Assembly: GCA_031291995.1 (NCBI GenBank)
Contig: JARLHZ010000004.1
Span: 5,272-69,271, forward strand
Reading direction: 5' to 3'
DNA from: Candidatus Doudnabacteria bacterium
GTDB taxonomy: Bacteria; Patescibacteriota; Doudnabacteria; UBA920
DNA length: 64,000 nt
Part shown: positions 56,729 to 64,000 of the stretch, piece after piece
How positions within the stretch are numbered: the first letter of the stretch is position 1
How the letters are laid out: each line of letters opens with the position of its first letter
Notes under the pieces: model-generated
Seen by the model: the letters and a program-made list of their open reading frames with translations, nothing else
Told to the model about the DNA's origin: nothing
Databases searched by the model: none
Position numbers and translations under genes: made by a program

Positions 56729-57458
56729 ATTGGTCGCGTTTGTCCTGGCATTGCTGTTTTTGGCGGTGATGCAGGTTTTTTCCATTCCCCAGCCAATTTT
56801 CAGGTTTATGGTGCCGGCTTTTTTTGGTTTTGTCGCCTTGCTGACCTGGTATAACCATTGGTATCTGACCCGTGTACAAAAATATAATTTTTGGCTGCTG
56901 GTCCGGCCAATCTTACTGCTTTGCGCGAGTTTTGGAATATTTTTGATTATTCCTTCAATCGCCCTGCGCGGAATATTTCTGATGACGTCGGCGGCCATAA
57001 TTTTTTTTATAGAACTGATTTTGGGTAATCTGGCGGAGAACATTCTGCTCAACGAAACTTTGTTAATAGCCTTTGGCCTGTTTTTAGCCTGTTTCGCGGC
57101 TTATTATTACCTGCCGCAATTTGAACCGTTATACCTGGCCGGAATATTTTTATCGGCCGCGCTTCTGACCCGCTCATTTTACGAGGTGGTGCCCCGGCCC
57201 GACAGAGTTAAAACTATCGGGGCATTGGCCATCGGACTGTTTTGCTCCGAGCTTTACTGGGCGCTGAATTTTTTGCATTTCCATTTTAGCGTGCTGAGCC
57301 TGGTACTTTTCAATATATTTTACCTTTGTCTTATCCTCAATTATTACCATTTATTCCATTTGTTAAATTTTAAAAAAATCCAGTTCCATTTAATTTTAAT
57401 CTCCGTTTGCGTGCTGTTGGTTATTTTTTCCACGCCCTGGTCAATCTTACCCCAATAA
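56700..57458 (+). CDS. Polytopic membrane protein (DUF5656-like)
   Basis: About 8 TM helices; 'SELYWALNF' motif. Confidence 0.7.
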   Translation: MQISALSHHKLVAFVLALLFLAVMQVFSIPQPIFRFMVPAFFGFVALLTWYNHWYLTRVQKYNFWLLVRPILLLCASFGIFLIIPSIALRGIFLMTSAAIIFFIELILGNLAENILLNETLLIAFGLFLACFAAYYYLPQFEPLYLAGIFLSAALLTRSFYEVVPRPDRVKTIGALAIGLFCSELYWALNFLHFHFSVLSLVLFNIFYLCLILNYYHLFHLLNFKKIQFHLILISVCVLLVIFSTPWSILPQ

Positions 57459-57459
57459 T

Positions 57460-58524
57460 ATGAACAAAAAACAGGCCACCTTTATAATTTTAGTCTCCGT
57501 AATTTTGACTTTGCTGGTGAATATATTTTTTGGCCGATATCTCATGGCGAAAATTTCCACCTGGCCGGTATTGAATCGCCTACGGCTGCTTAGCCCCCAG
57601 GCGCCGATTGTTATAAACAATAATCAGACCGTGCGCGTCAGCGACAGCGGCGACGCGGGCCAGTTGGTCCGCCAGGTTAACCCCAAACTGGCAACCGTTG
57701 TTCTGGTAAATAACGGGTCTGTTACGGTGGCCGGAGCAGCCGCTAATTTAACATCCGATGGCGGTTTTGTGGCGGCAACGTCGAGCTTTGGGGCAAAAGC
57801 ACCCGCCGGATATTTTGTGGTGTTAAGCGATGGCACCGAGGCGCCAATTACCCAAATCGCGCTGGATCCCGCGACCTCGCTGGCTTTTTTTAAAGCCGAC
57901 TTAAGCGGCGTCCCTGTGCAAAACCTGGACAACTCGGCCGAAGTGGCCGCCGGAGACAAGCTTTTCTTCATCCAAAACTCCCTGCAAAATTTTACCGCTA
58001 AAGTTGCGGAAGGCGCGGCGGTATCCGGCCAGTCCGATATTGAGGGACAGGTTTTTGCGGCCGACAATCCCAGCCGGGGGTTTGGCATCGGTTCTACCGC
58101 GGGGTTATCGGCGGGCGAAGCGGTTTTAGACAGTTCGGGAAATATTGTGGGAATTTTTAATGGTAGCGCGATAATTTCCGCCGACGTGTTAAAAAAGGCG
58201 ATGAGTTTATTTTTTGGCAATCCGGCGCAAATAATCCGGCCGAGCTTCGGTTTTAATTATTCGATTGTTACACGCAATGACAGCAGGCTGACGGGTCTGC
58301 CGCAGGGCGCGGCGGTAAAATCGGTAGCCGTAACCGGTCCCGCCCGAACCGCCGGCTTGGAAGTTGGCGATATTATTATTTCCGTCGACAGCCAGGCCGT
58401 CAGCGAAGCCTCCACCCTGGAACCGTTGCTGGAAAATTATCAACCCGGGGACACGGCCGCCTTTGTGGTCGCGCGCGGGAAGAACCAGCTGACTTTAAAA
58501 TTAAAAGTCGGACAATTAAAGTAA
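57460..58524 (+). CDS. HtrA/S1C-like protein with PDZ domain, degenerate active site
   Basis: LTSDG and GNIVGI fold landmarks; PDZ GPARTAGLEVGDII; TNxH and GNSGG motifs absent. Confidence 0.8.
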   Translation: MNKKQATFIILVSVILTLLVNIFFGRYLMAKISTWPVLNRLRLLSPQAPIVINNNQTVRVSDSGDAGQLVRQVNPKLATVVLVNNGSVTVAGAAANLTSDGGFVAATSSFGAKAPAGYFVVLSDGTEAPITQIALDPATSLAFFKADLSGVPVQNLDNSAEVAAGDKLFFIQNSLQNFTAKVAEGAAVSGQSDIEGQVFAADNPSRGFGIGSTAGLSAGEAVLDSSGNIVGIFNGSAIISADVLKKAMSLFFGNPAQIIRPSFGFNYSIVTRNDSRLTGLPQGAAVKSVAVTGPARTAGLEVGDIIISVDSQAVSEASTLEPLLENYQPGDTAAFVVARGKNQLTLKLKVGQLK

Positions 58525-58533
58525 TGTGTAATT

Positions 58534-58983
58534 ATGGATATTGATAAATTACATCTGGAACCGGCAAAAAAAGTTAAGACCAGCGACCATCGGGGCATTG
58601 AGAACGGCTGGCTGATGGAACTGTATAAAGACAAAGACACGGGACAAAAAACCGAAGCTTATTTAACCGCGGCCTTACCGGGCGCGTTTAAGGGCTATCA
58701 TCTTCACCGCGTCCGCGCGGCCAGGTATGTGGCTGTAAAAGGGCGAATGAAAATTACCTGCTACGAAAACCAAGGCGGCAAATGGAAGCCGAGCGAGTAT
58801 ATTTTGTCGGCGGATAACCCGCAAAGATTGTTTATTCCCAAAAATGTGGCCACCGGTCTGGAAAATATCGGCAGTGAAGAAGCCTGGCTCATTAATTATC
58901 CGGATCCAGCCTATGACCCAAGCTTGAAAGACGAACAGGTGGAATACACAAGGGAAGAGCTGGAACGGGGCATTGTTAAATGA
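58534..58983 (+). CDS. RmlC-like cupin (dTDP-sugar epimerase family)
   Basis: GAFKGYHLH, LFIPKNVATG; first gene of the rml cluster. Confidence 0.8.
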   Translation: MDIDKLHLEPAKKVKTSDHRGIENGWLMELYKDKDTGQKTEAYLTAALPGAFKGYHLHRVRAARYVAVKGRMKITCYENQGGKWKPSEYILSADNPQRLFIPKNVATGLENIGSEEAWLINYPDPAYDPSLKDEQVEYTREELERGIVK

Positions 58984-59068
58984 ATTAGGAATGATGAATT
59001 AGGAATGATGAATTAGGAATTATGAGTTTGTCCCATTCCTAATTCCTAATTCCTAATTCCTAATTCCA
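58981..59068. repeat. Inverted heptamer array (GAATTAG/GAATGAT then ATTCCTA)
   Basis: tgaattaggaatgatgaattagg ... (attccta)x4-5 before the rmlB ATG. Confidence 0.9.
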
Positions 59069-59071
59069 ACT

Positions 59072-60046
59072 ATGAAATTACTAGTGACCGGCGGAGCCGG
59101 GTTTATCGGTTCCAACTTTGTCCATTATTGGCTGAAACATCATCCGGACGATAAAATTGCCGTTTTGGATAAATTGACGTACGCCGGAAATTTGGAAAAT
59201 CTGGCCGCGGTGAAAGACAAAATCGAGTTTATCAAAGGCGACATTTGCGAAGAAGCCGATGTCGAACGGGCCATAAACAATGTAAATGTACTGGTACACT
59301 TTGCGGCCGAAAGCCACGTGGACCGTTCCATAACCGGACCCGACGAATTTATCCGGACTAATGTATTGGGAACGCACCAATTGTTAAAGTCGGCCCGCAA
59401 ACATAACCTCAGTCGTTTCCATCATGTTTCCACGGACGAGGTGTTCGGCAGCCTGCCGCTTAATTCGCAAATAAAATGGACGGAAAATTCTCCTTATAAT
59501 CCCCGCAGCCCCTATTCGGCCTCCAAGGCCGCGTCCGACCATTTAGTCCGCGCTTATTTTTATTCTTACGGCCTGCCCATTACCATAAGCAATTGCGCCA
59601 ATAATATTGGGCCATTTATGTTTCCGGAAAAATTGGTTCCGCTGGCGATTACCAACCTGTTGTCCGGGAAAAAGGTGCCGGTGTACAAACCCGGAAATCA
59701 GATCCGCGAATGGCTTTTTGTCGACGATCATTGCAGCGGAATAGAGGCGATTTTGGAAAAAGGGAAAGTGGGGCAGACATATTTTATCGGTCCGGACAAT
59801 CCCGAATTTAGCAACCTCGAAGTTATCAAAAAGATATTGGTTCTGATGGGCCTGGGCGAGGATAATATTGAGTTTGTGGGCGACCGTCCCGGTCACGACC
59901 AAAAATATTCCCTCAGCCATGACAAAATAACCGCGGAACTCGGTTGGTCGCCAAAATTTAATCTGGAAGAGTCTTTGAAACAAACGGTTGATTGGTATAA
60001 AACAAATATTGATTGGTGGAAAAAATTAAAAAATCTGATACCATAG
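59072..60046 (+). CDS. rmlB: dTDP-glucose 4,6-dehydratase
   Basis: TGGAGFIGSNF, HFAAESHVDRS, STDEVFG, YSASK. Confidence 0.96.
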   Translation: MKLLVTGGAGFIGSNFVHYWLKHHPDDKIAVLDKLTYAGNLENLAAVKDKIEFIKGDICEEADVERAINNVNVLVHFAAESHVDRSITGPDEFIRTNVLGTHQLLKSARKHNLSRFHHVSTDEVFGSLPLNSQIKWTENSPYNPRSPYSASKAASDHLVRAYFYSYGLPITISNCANNIGPFMFPEKLVPLAITNLLSGKKVPVYKPGNQIREWLFVDDHCSGIEAILEKGKVGQTYFIGPDNPEFSNLEVIKKILVLMGLGEDNIEFVGDRPGHDQKYSLSHDKITAELGWSPKFNLEESLKQTVDWYKTNIDWWKKLKNLIP

Positions 60047-60047
60047 C

Positions 60048-60881
60048 ATGAGCAATATTTTAATTTTAGGATCGCAGGGAATGCTGGGAGGGGAGCTGAA
60101 ACGCACTTTCTCCAAGGCTTTGGGTTGGGATCGAAAGGAACTTGACCTCGGGCAAATAGGCGATCTTGAGCAACGCCTGGCCGCTTTGCCGCAACTCCCG
60201 GACGCGGTTATTAATTGCGCCGCTTATAACGATGTTGACGGCGCGGAAGCGTATCCCGACAAGGCCTTTTTAATAAATTCCACGGCTGTGGGCAAGATTG
60301 CTTCGGCTTGCAACAGTTTGGGCATCCCGCTCATCCACTTCAGCAGTAATTACGTTTTCGACGGGGAGAAGGGCGAATACCGTGAAGACGACCAGCCGAA
60401 CGCTCTTTCGACCTACGGTAAGTCCAAATATCAGGGGGAGCAATTGCTCCGGAAAAACTGTTTTAAATATTATTTAATCCGCACTTCGGTTTTGTTCGGG
60501 CAGGAGGCCGAGAGCCAATTTGCCAAAAAAAGCTTTATTGAAATTATGCTGGAGCTCAGGGAGACAACCGACACTATTAAAGCGGTAACCGACGAAATTA
60601 ACAGCCTGACATACGTTTCCGATTTGGCCTCGTCGGTGGAAGCCTTAATTACCAAAAAATATCCATATGGAATTTACCATATTGTAAACGGCGGCCAGGC
60701 CAGCTGGTACGACTTTGCCCAGGAAATTTTTCGGTTAAAGGGCAAAGAAGTTAAGCTGGAAGCCGTAGACTCATCCGCATTCCCGCGCAAGGCCTCGCGG
60801 CCGAAAAAAGCTGTTTTACTTAACACCAAGTTCCCCGAGTTGCGCTCCTGGCAGGAAGCGCTCGCGGAATTCCTTAGTTAG
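60048..60881 (+). CDS. rmlD: dTDP-4-dehydrorhamnose reductase
   Basis: GSQGMLG, INCAAYNDVD, YVFDG, YGKSK. Confidence 0.93.
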   Translation: MSNILILGSQGMLGGELKRTFSKALGWDRKELDLGQIGDLEQRLAALPQLPDAVINCAAYNDVDGAEAYPDKAFLINSTAVGKIASACNSLGIPLIHFSSNYVFDGEKGEYREDDQPNALSTYGKSKYQGEQLLRKNCFKYYLIRTSVLFGQEAESQFAKKSFIEIMLELRETTDTIKAVTDEINSLTYVSDLASSVEALITKKYPYGIYHIVNGGQASWYDFAQEIFRLKGKEVKLEAVDSSAFPRKASRPKKAVLLNTKFPELRSWQEALAEFLS

Positions 60882-60944
60882 GAATTAGGAAGTAGGAATA
60901 AGGAAACTCCTAACTCCTACTTCCTAACTCCTAAATCCTAATTC
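60876..60944. repeat. Inverted heptamer array (TAGGAA / TTCCTA, CTCCTA)
   Basis: ttaggaattaggaagtaggaataagg ... ctcctaactcctacttcctaactcctaa. Confidence 0.9.
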
Positions 60945-61658
60945 ATGAAAGGCATCATACTCTCCGGCGGAACGGGCACGCGCCTTTATCCGCTGACCAA
61001 AGTCACATCCAAACAGCTTCTGCCGGTCTATAACCGGCCGATGATTATGTATCCGCTGGATACTTTGCTTAAGGCCGGCATAAATGAGATTTTAATAATT
61101 GTTTCTCCCGAACACGCGGAGGATTACGGCAAACTTTTGGGCGACGGCGGCGAATTCGGCTGCCGAATAGTCTATAAAGTTCAGGACAAGCCGGAAGGGC
61201 TGGCTCAGGCATTTATTTTAGGGCAGGAATTCATAGGCAATGACAGCGTGTGCATGATTTTGGGCGACAATATTTTTGAAGATGATTTTTCGGGTGTCAT
61301 CAAGAATTTTAAAAGCGGCGGACAAGTCTTCGCCAAGGCGGTAACGGATCCTGAGCGCTTTGGGGTGGTTAAGTTTAACGATAAAATGCAGGCCGTTAAA
61401 ATAGAAGAAAAACCTAAGGAATTTCTATCTAATTTTGCCATTACCGGCTTATATATTTACGATAACCGCGTGGCCGAGGTGGCAAAACAGGTTAAGCCTT
61501 CCGCGCGCGGCGAATTGGAAATAACCGAATTGCATAATTGGTATTTAACGCGCGGCGAATTAAAAGTGGATTTGGTTAAAGGGGAATGGGTGGATGCCGG
61601 AACTTTTGAATCCCTGTTCCATGCCGGCGAACTAATGCGCCGTAAAGCCACGGGGTAA
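60945..61658 (+). CDS. rmlA: Glucose-1-phosphate thymidylyltransferase (short form)
   Basis: GGTGTRLYPLT..SKQLLPVY, RGELEIT, WVDAGT. Confidence 0.95.
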   Translation: MKGIILSGGTGTRLYPLTKVTSKQLLPVYNRPMIMYPLDTLLKAGINEILIIVSPEHAEDYGKLLGDGGEFGCRIVYKVQDKPEGLAQAFILGQEFIGNDSVCMILGDNIFEDDFSGVIKNFKSGGQVFAKAVTDPERFGVVKFNDKMQAVKIEEKPKEFLSNFAITGLYIYDNRVAEVAKQVKPSARGELEITELHNWYLTRGELKVDLVKGEWVDAGTFESLFHAGELMRRKATG

Positions 61659-61733
61659 TTTACGAAGTACGAAGTTTTACGAACCTACGAACGCGCGAAC
61701 TTCGTAAGTTCGTACCTCTTCGTACTTCGTAAA
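61659..61733. repeat. Inverted TACGAA array, copy 2
   Basis: Same 15-bp termini as 2077-2159, also followed by CTC and a start codon. Confidence 0.9.
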
Positions 61734-61739
61734 CTCCAT

Positions 61740-62696
61740 ATGAATTTAAGAACCCAAAAAATCATTACCTGTGTCCTCATTACCGCCAGCGTCTTTGGCG
61801 GCTTTGAGGCGCTTATTTCGATTCTGAATTTAAACCAGACCGGCACTTATTTGAGTGTCGCTTTTTGGATATTTGCCTATTTGATGCTGATGATTGTCCT
61901 GCTGTTCGACCTGCACATTAAAAAACCCGGCAGCTTAACCAGGGCGCGGGCGCGGCACGCCGATTTGCCGGCAACTTTAACCCGGCAAACCAGGGTGGTG
62001 TTTTCCGCCCTCTGGGAAAGGTTTGAACACTTGCGCAGCTGGACGTATATCCGGCAATGGATTCACTTTTTGCTGTTGCCGGGATTTATTTTTTGGTCCA
62101 CATTTTCTTTGCTCTATGTCAATTTGGGAAATTACAATATTCAGCAGCTGCTGGTGGTGCTGTCCACAATCGCCCTGGCGCTGGATTATTGGTTTTTAAA
62201 AGAAGCGTTCCGCCGCGGCAGGGAAGTGGCCGACGCCGATATTTTTGCCACGCTCAGCATGATAAAAATTTACGCCATCGCCTTGGTCTACGCCGCGGCT
62301 TTGTCGATATTGCGCTATTACTGCCTAAACCCGTTATATTTTTCCCTTGAGGTTTTCGGTTATACTTTTTTGCTGATCTTCCAGGCCTTGTACTTGCATC
62401 GCCGCGCGGGCGGGAAAAATATGGCTGTCGCGCTGTTAATTTCGTTGATAATGGGGATTGTCGGCTATGGTGTGTATATTTGGTGGGGGTATAATTATTT
62501 TACCGCCGCCGTATTCATGGCGGCGATATATAATTTACTCTGGGGAACTTTCCACTACCAAATAGATAAAACTCTGAGCTGGCGCGCTTTTTGGGAAATT
62601 CTCGTCGTTTGCGTCATCGTGGTTGCCATGGTGCTTTCCGTCACAAACTTTACCGCCCGCATCTCCGGCGGCTGCGAATATTATTTAAGTTTTTAG
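61740..62696 (+). CDS. Polytopic hypothetical membrane protein
   Basis: 318 aa, about 9 TM helices. Confidence 0.75.
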   Translation: MNLRTQKIITCVLITASVFGGFEALISILNLNQTGTYLSVAFWIFAYLMLMIVLLFDLHIKKPGSLTRARARHADLPATLTRQTRVVFSALWERFEHLRSWTYIRQWIHFLLLPGFIFWSTFSLLYVNLGNYNIQQLLVVLSTIALALDYWFLKEAFRRGREVADADIFATLSMIKIYAIALVYAAALSILRYYCLNPLYFSLEVFGYTFLLIFQALYLHRRAGGKNMAVALLISLIMGIVGYGVYIWWGYNYFTAAVFMAAIYNLLWGTFHYQIDKTLSWRAFWEILVVCVIVVAMVLSVTNFTARISGGCEYYLSF

Positions 62697-62712
62697 CATG
62701 CTAAGTGCCCGC

Positions 62713-62749
62713 AAAAAATAGCCGGACGGACAAATCCGCCGGCTATTTT
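62713..62749. terminator. Bidirectional terminator
   Basis: AAAATAGCCGG...CCGGCTATTTT. Confidence 0.75.
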
Positions 62750-62767
62750 AAATTTATTCGACCGGGG

Positions 62768-62944
62768 TTAATGCTCCATCTGGCGGCTGTCACCGGATTC
62801 GGAGGCCAGGGCCCAGACTGCCAGGATGGCGACGATTAAACCCGTAATGTACATTAGCGTCTGTCCGGAACCCGACGGTACATAGAGGTATCCCGCCACA
62901 ATGACCCACAGCCCCAGTATCATATTTACCCAATTTTGCCACAT
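62768..62944 (-). CDS. SPW-repeat-like 58-aa membrane protein (absent from ORF track)
   Basis: MWQNWVNMILGLWVIVAGYL...ITGLIVAILAVWAL; AAAGGA RBS. Confidence 0.75.
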   Translation of the reverse strand: MWQNWVNMILGLWVIVAGYLYVPSGSGQTLMYITGLIVAILAVWALASESGDSRQMEH

Positions 62945-63111
62945 AAATTTATCCTTTCAGAAGCTGTTTTAAAAACCCCGGGAATTAATTTAGGGATTAT
63001 TATTAAGCCAGCTTCCAATTTAATGGCGACCTTTTAGGGGTTTTTAAAGGCCATACCCGAACCCCTCTTAATATTAAACGACGGGGGTGTCCGAATGTAT
63101 CATTGATCGAT

Positions 63112-63999
63112 TTAAAACCAGTACATAAACGCCACAACCAAAAGGGTAATTATAAGCAGGACCAAATTATTGGTTTTTTTGTCCAAAGCGCCGAGCTTTT
63201 TTTCCAGGGCTTTTTTGATATCAACCAACATTAACAGCAACAGGGCGATGCCGGCGGCTAAAATTAAGCTGCGGTTGGCCTGGCTGTCGCTAATCGCGTT
63301 TTGGTCGTTGTTTCCAATTAACGCGGAGGCGGATGCCGATAGATTTGGGCTGCCCGCCGGCGACAAGATTGCCGGCGGCGTTGTTGAAGGTACAACTTCT
63401 TTTGCGGGCGGGGCTTTTTGCGGCAGGGAAAAACCGGAAGAGGGGGAATTGATAGCTACCGGCAATTGCTTTTCGGGGGGCGAAACCGGACTTGGCCGTG
63501 GAATCGGCGTGGGCGTGGGGGCTTGAGCTTTGGCGGTCGGAGTCGGAGCGGGCGGTGTCGCTTCAGGGGCCGAAGCGGGTGAAGATTTTGGCGGAGTGGC
63601 TGTTGCTTTAACCTGGGGCGGAGCAACCGGCGCGGGGGAGGGGACGGGCGTTTTAGCCTGCGCCGTCCGCGCGCCGAAGGTATTGGCAATGGCGGAATAA
63701 TATTGATTTTGAGAAACATCGCCCAATGTCAGTCCCATACCCTGGTCGCGGAAGCCGACGTTTAAAATGTTGGCGCGGTGCTCCGGACTGTTCATCCAGG
63801 CATTTACCAGACTGTCGGTGTCGTAAAAATTTATGGCCAGGTTTTCGCCAAGCTGCAAATACGGGGTATAACCGAGCGCCACAATTTTATCCCAAATATA
63901 ATGCCCGTCCGGGTCTACGTGCGCGAAATAGTGCCGCGACTGCATGTCGTCGCTTTTGTATTGAGCCGCCTCTACCAGTAAACTGTTGGTATTTAATTG
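63112..63999 (-). CDS. CAP/SCP domain surface protein with Pro-rich linker and C-terminal TM helices (5'-truncated)
   Basis: YFAHVDPDG, GENLA, WMNSPEHRANIL; frame open to the window end. Confidence 0.9.
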   Translation of the reverse strand, partial: QLNTNSLLVEAAQYKSDDMQSRHYFAHVDPDGHYIWDKIVALGYTPYLQLGENLAINFYDTDSLVNAWMNSPEHRANILNVGFRDQGMGLTLGDVSQNQYYSAIANTFGARTAQAKTPVPSPAPVAPPQVKATATPPKSSPASAPEATPPAPTPTAKAQAPTPTPIPRPSPVSPPEKQLPVAINSPSSGFSLPQKAPPAKEVVPSTTPPAILSPAGSPNLSASASALIGNNDQNAISDSQANRSLILAAGIALLLLMLVDIKKALEKKLGALDKKTNNLVLLIITLLVVAFMYWF

Positions 64000-64000
64000 A

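Noticed and set aside
62958-63050. Possible MITE (TTAAAAACCCC / GGGGTTTTTAA)
   Set aside because: Short IR with no clear target duplication; too weak to call.

Overview
64-kb chromosomal window from a CPR/Patescibacteria-type bacterium (inferred from gene content and TGnTATAAT promoters; standard code, TGA = stop). Housekeeping and repair genes: ileS, recO, uvrD/pcrA, rsmA, radA, recG, scpAB, aspS, lgt and rmlCBDA, plus three tRNAs (Arg-CCG, Ser-TGA, Glu-CTC). Other clusters: a CPR-type T4SS-like locus (VirB6/TrbL-like, PrgI, VirB4, lytic-transglycosylase fusion), an ECF sigma/anti-sigma pair, a stress cluster, and a GH1/DMT/GH/ROK sugar cluster. The most striking signal is a ~1-kb non-coding RNA island inside the T4SS-like locus (21.2-22.15 kb). 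(i) A 71-nt tRNA-like RNA with alanine identity elements (G3:U70, A73, CCA), a shrunken D-arm and its own promoter is followed directly by a separately promoted and terminated ~69-nt sRNA; the sRNA's 5' end is complementary over 17 nt to the tRNA-like anticodon arm. (ii) A small basic putative RNase-toxin gene is met head-on by a promoter-driven RNA made of two covarying hairpin units. The window is also full of inverted short-tandem-repeat hairpins and palindromes. Some are empty; others bracket small genes (four-helix-bundle, GxxExxY, PaaX/Cas2-like, RAYT) or are inserted in frame into housekeeping proteins. Protein family calls come from motif recognition, not database searches.
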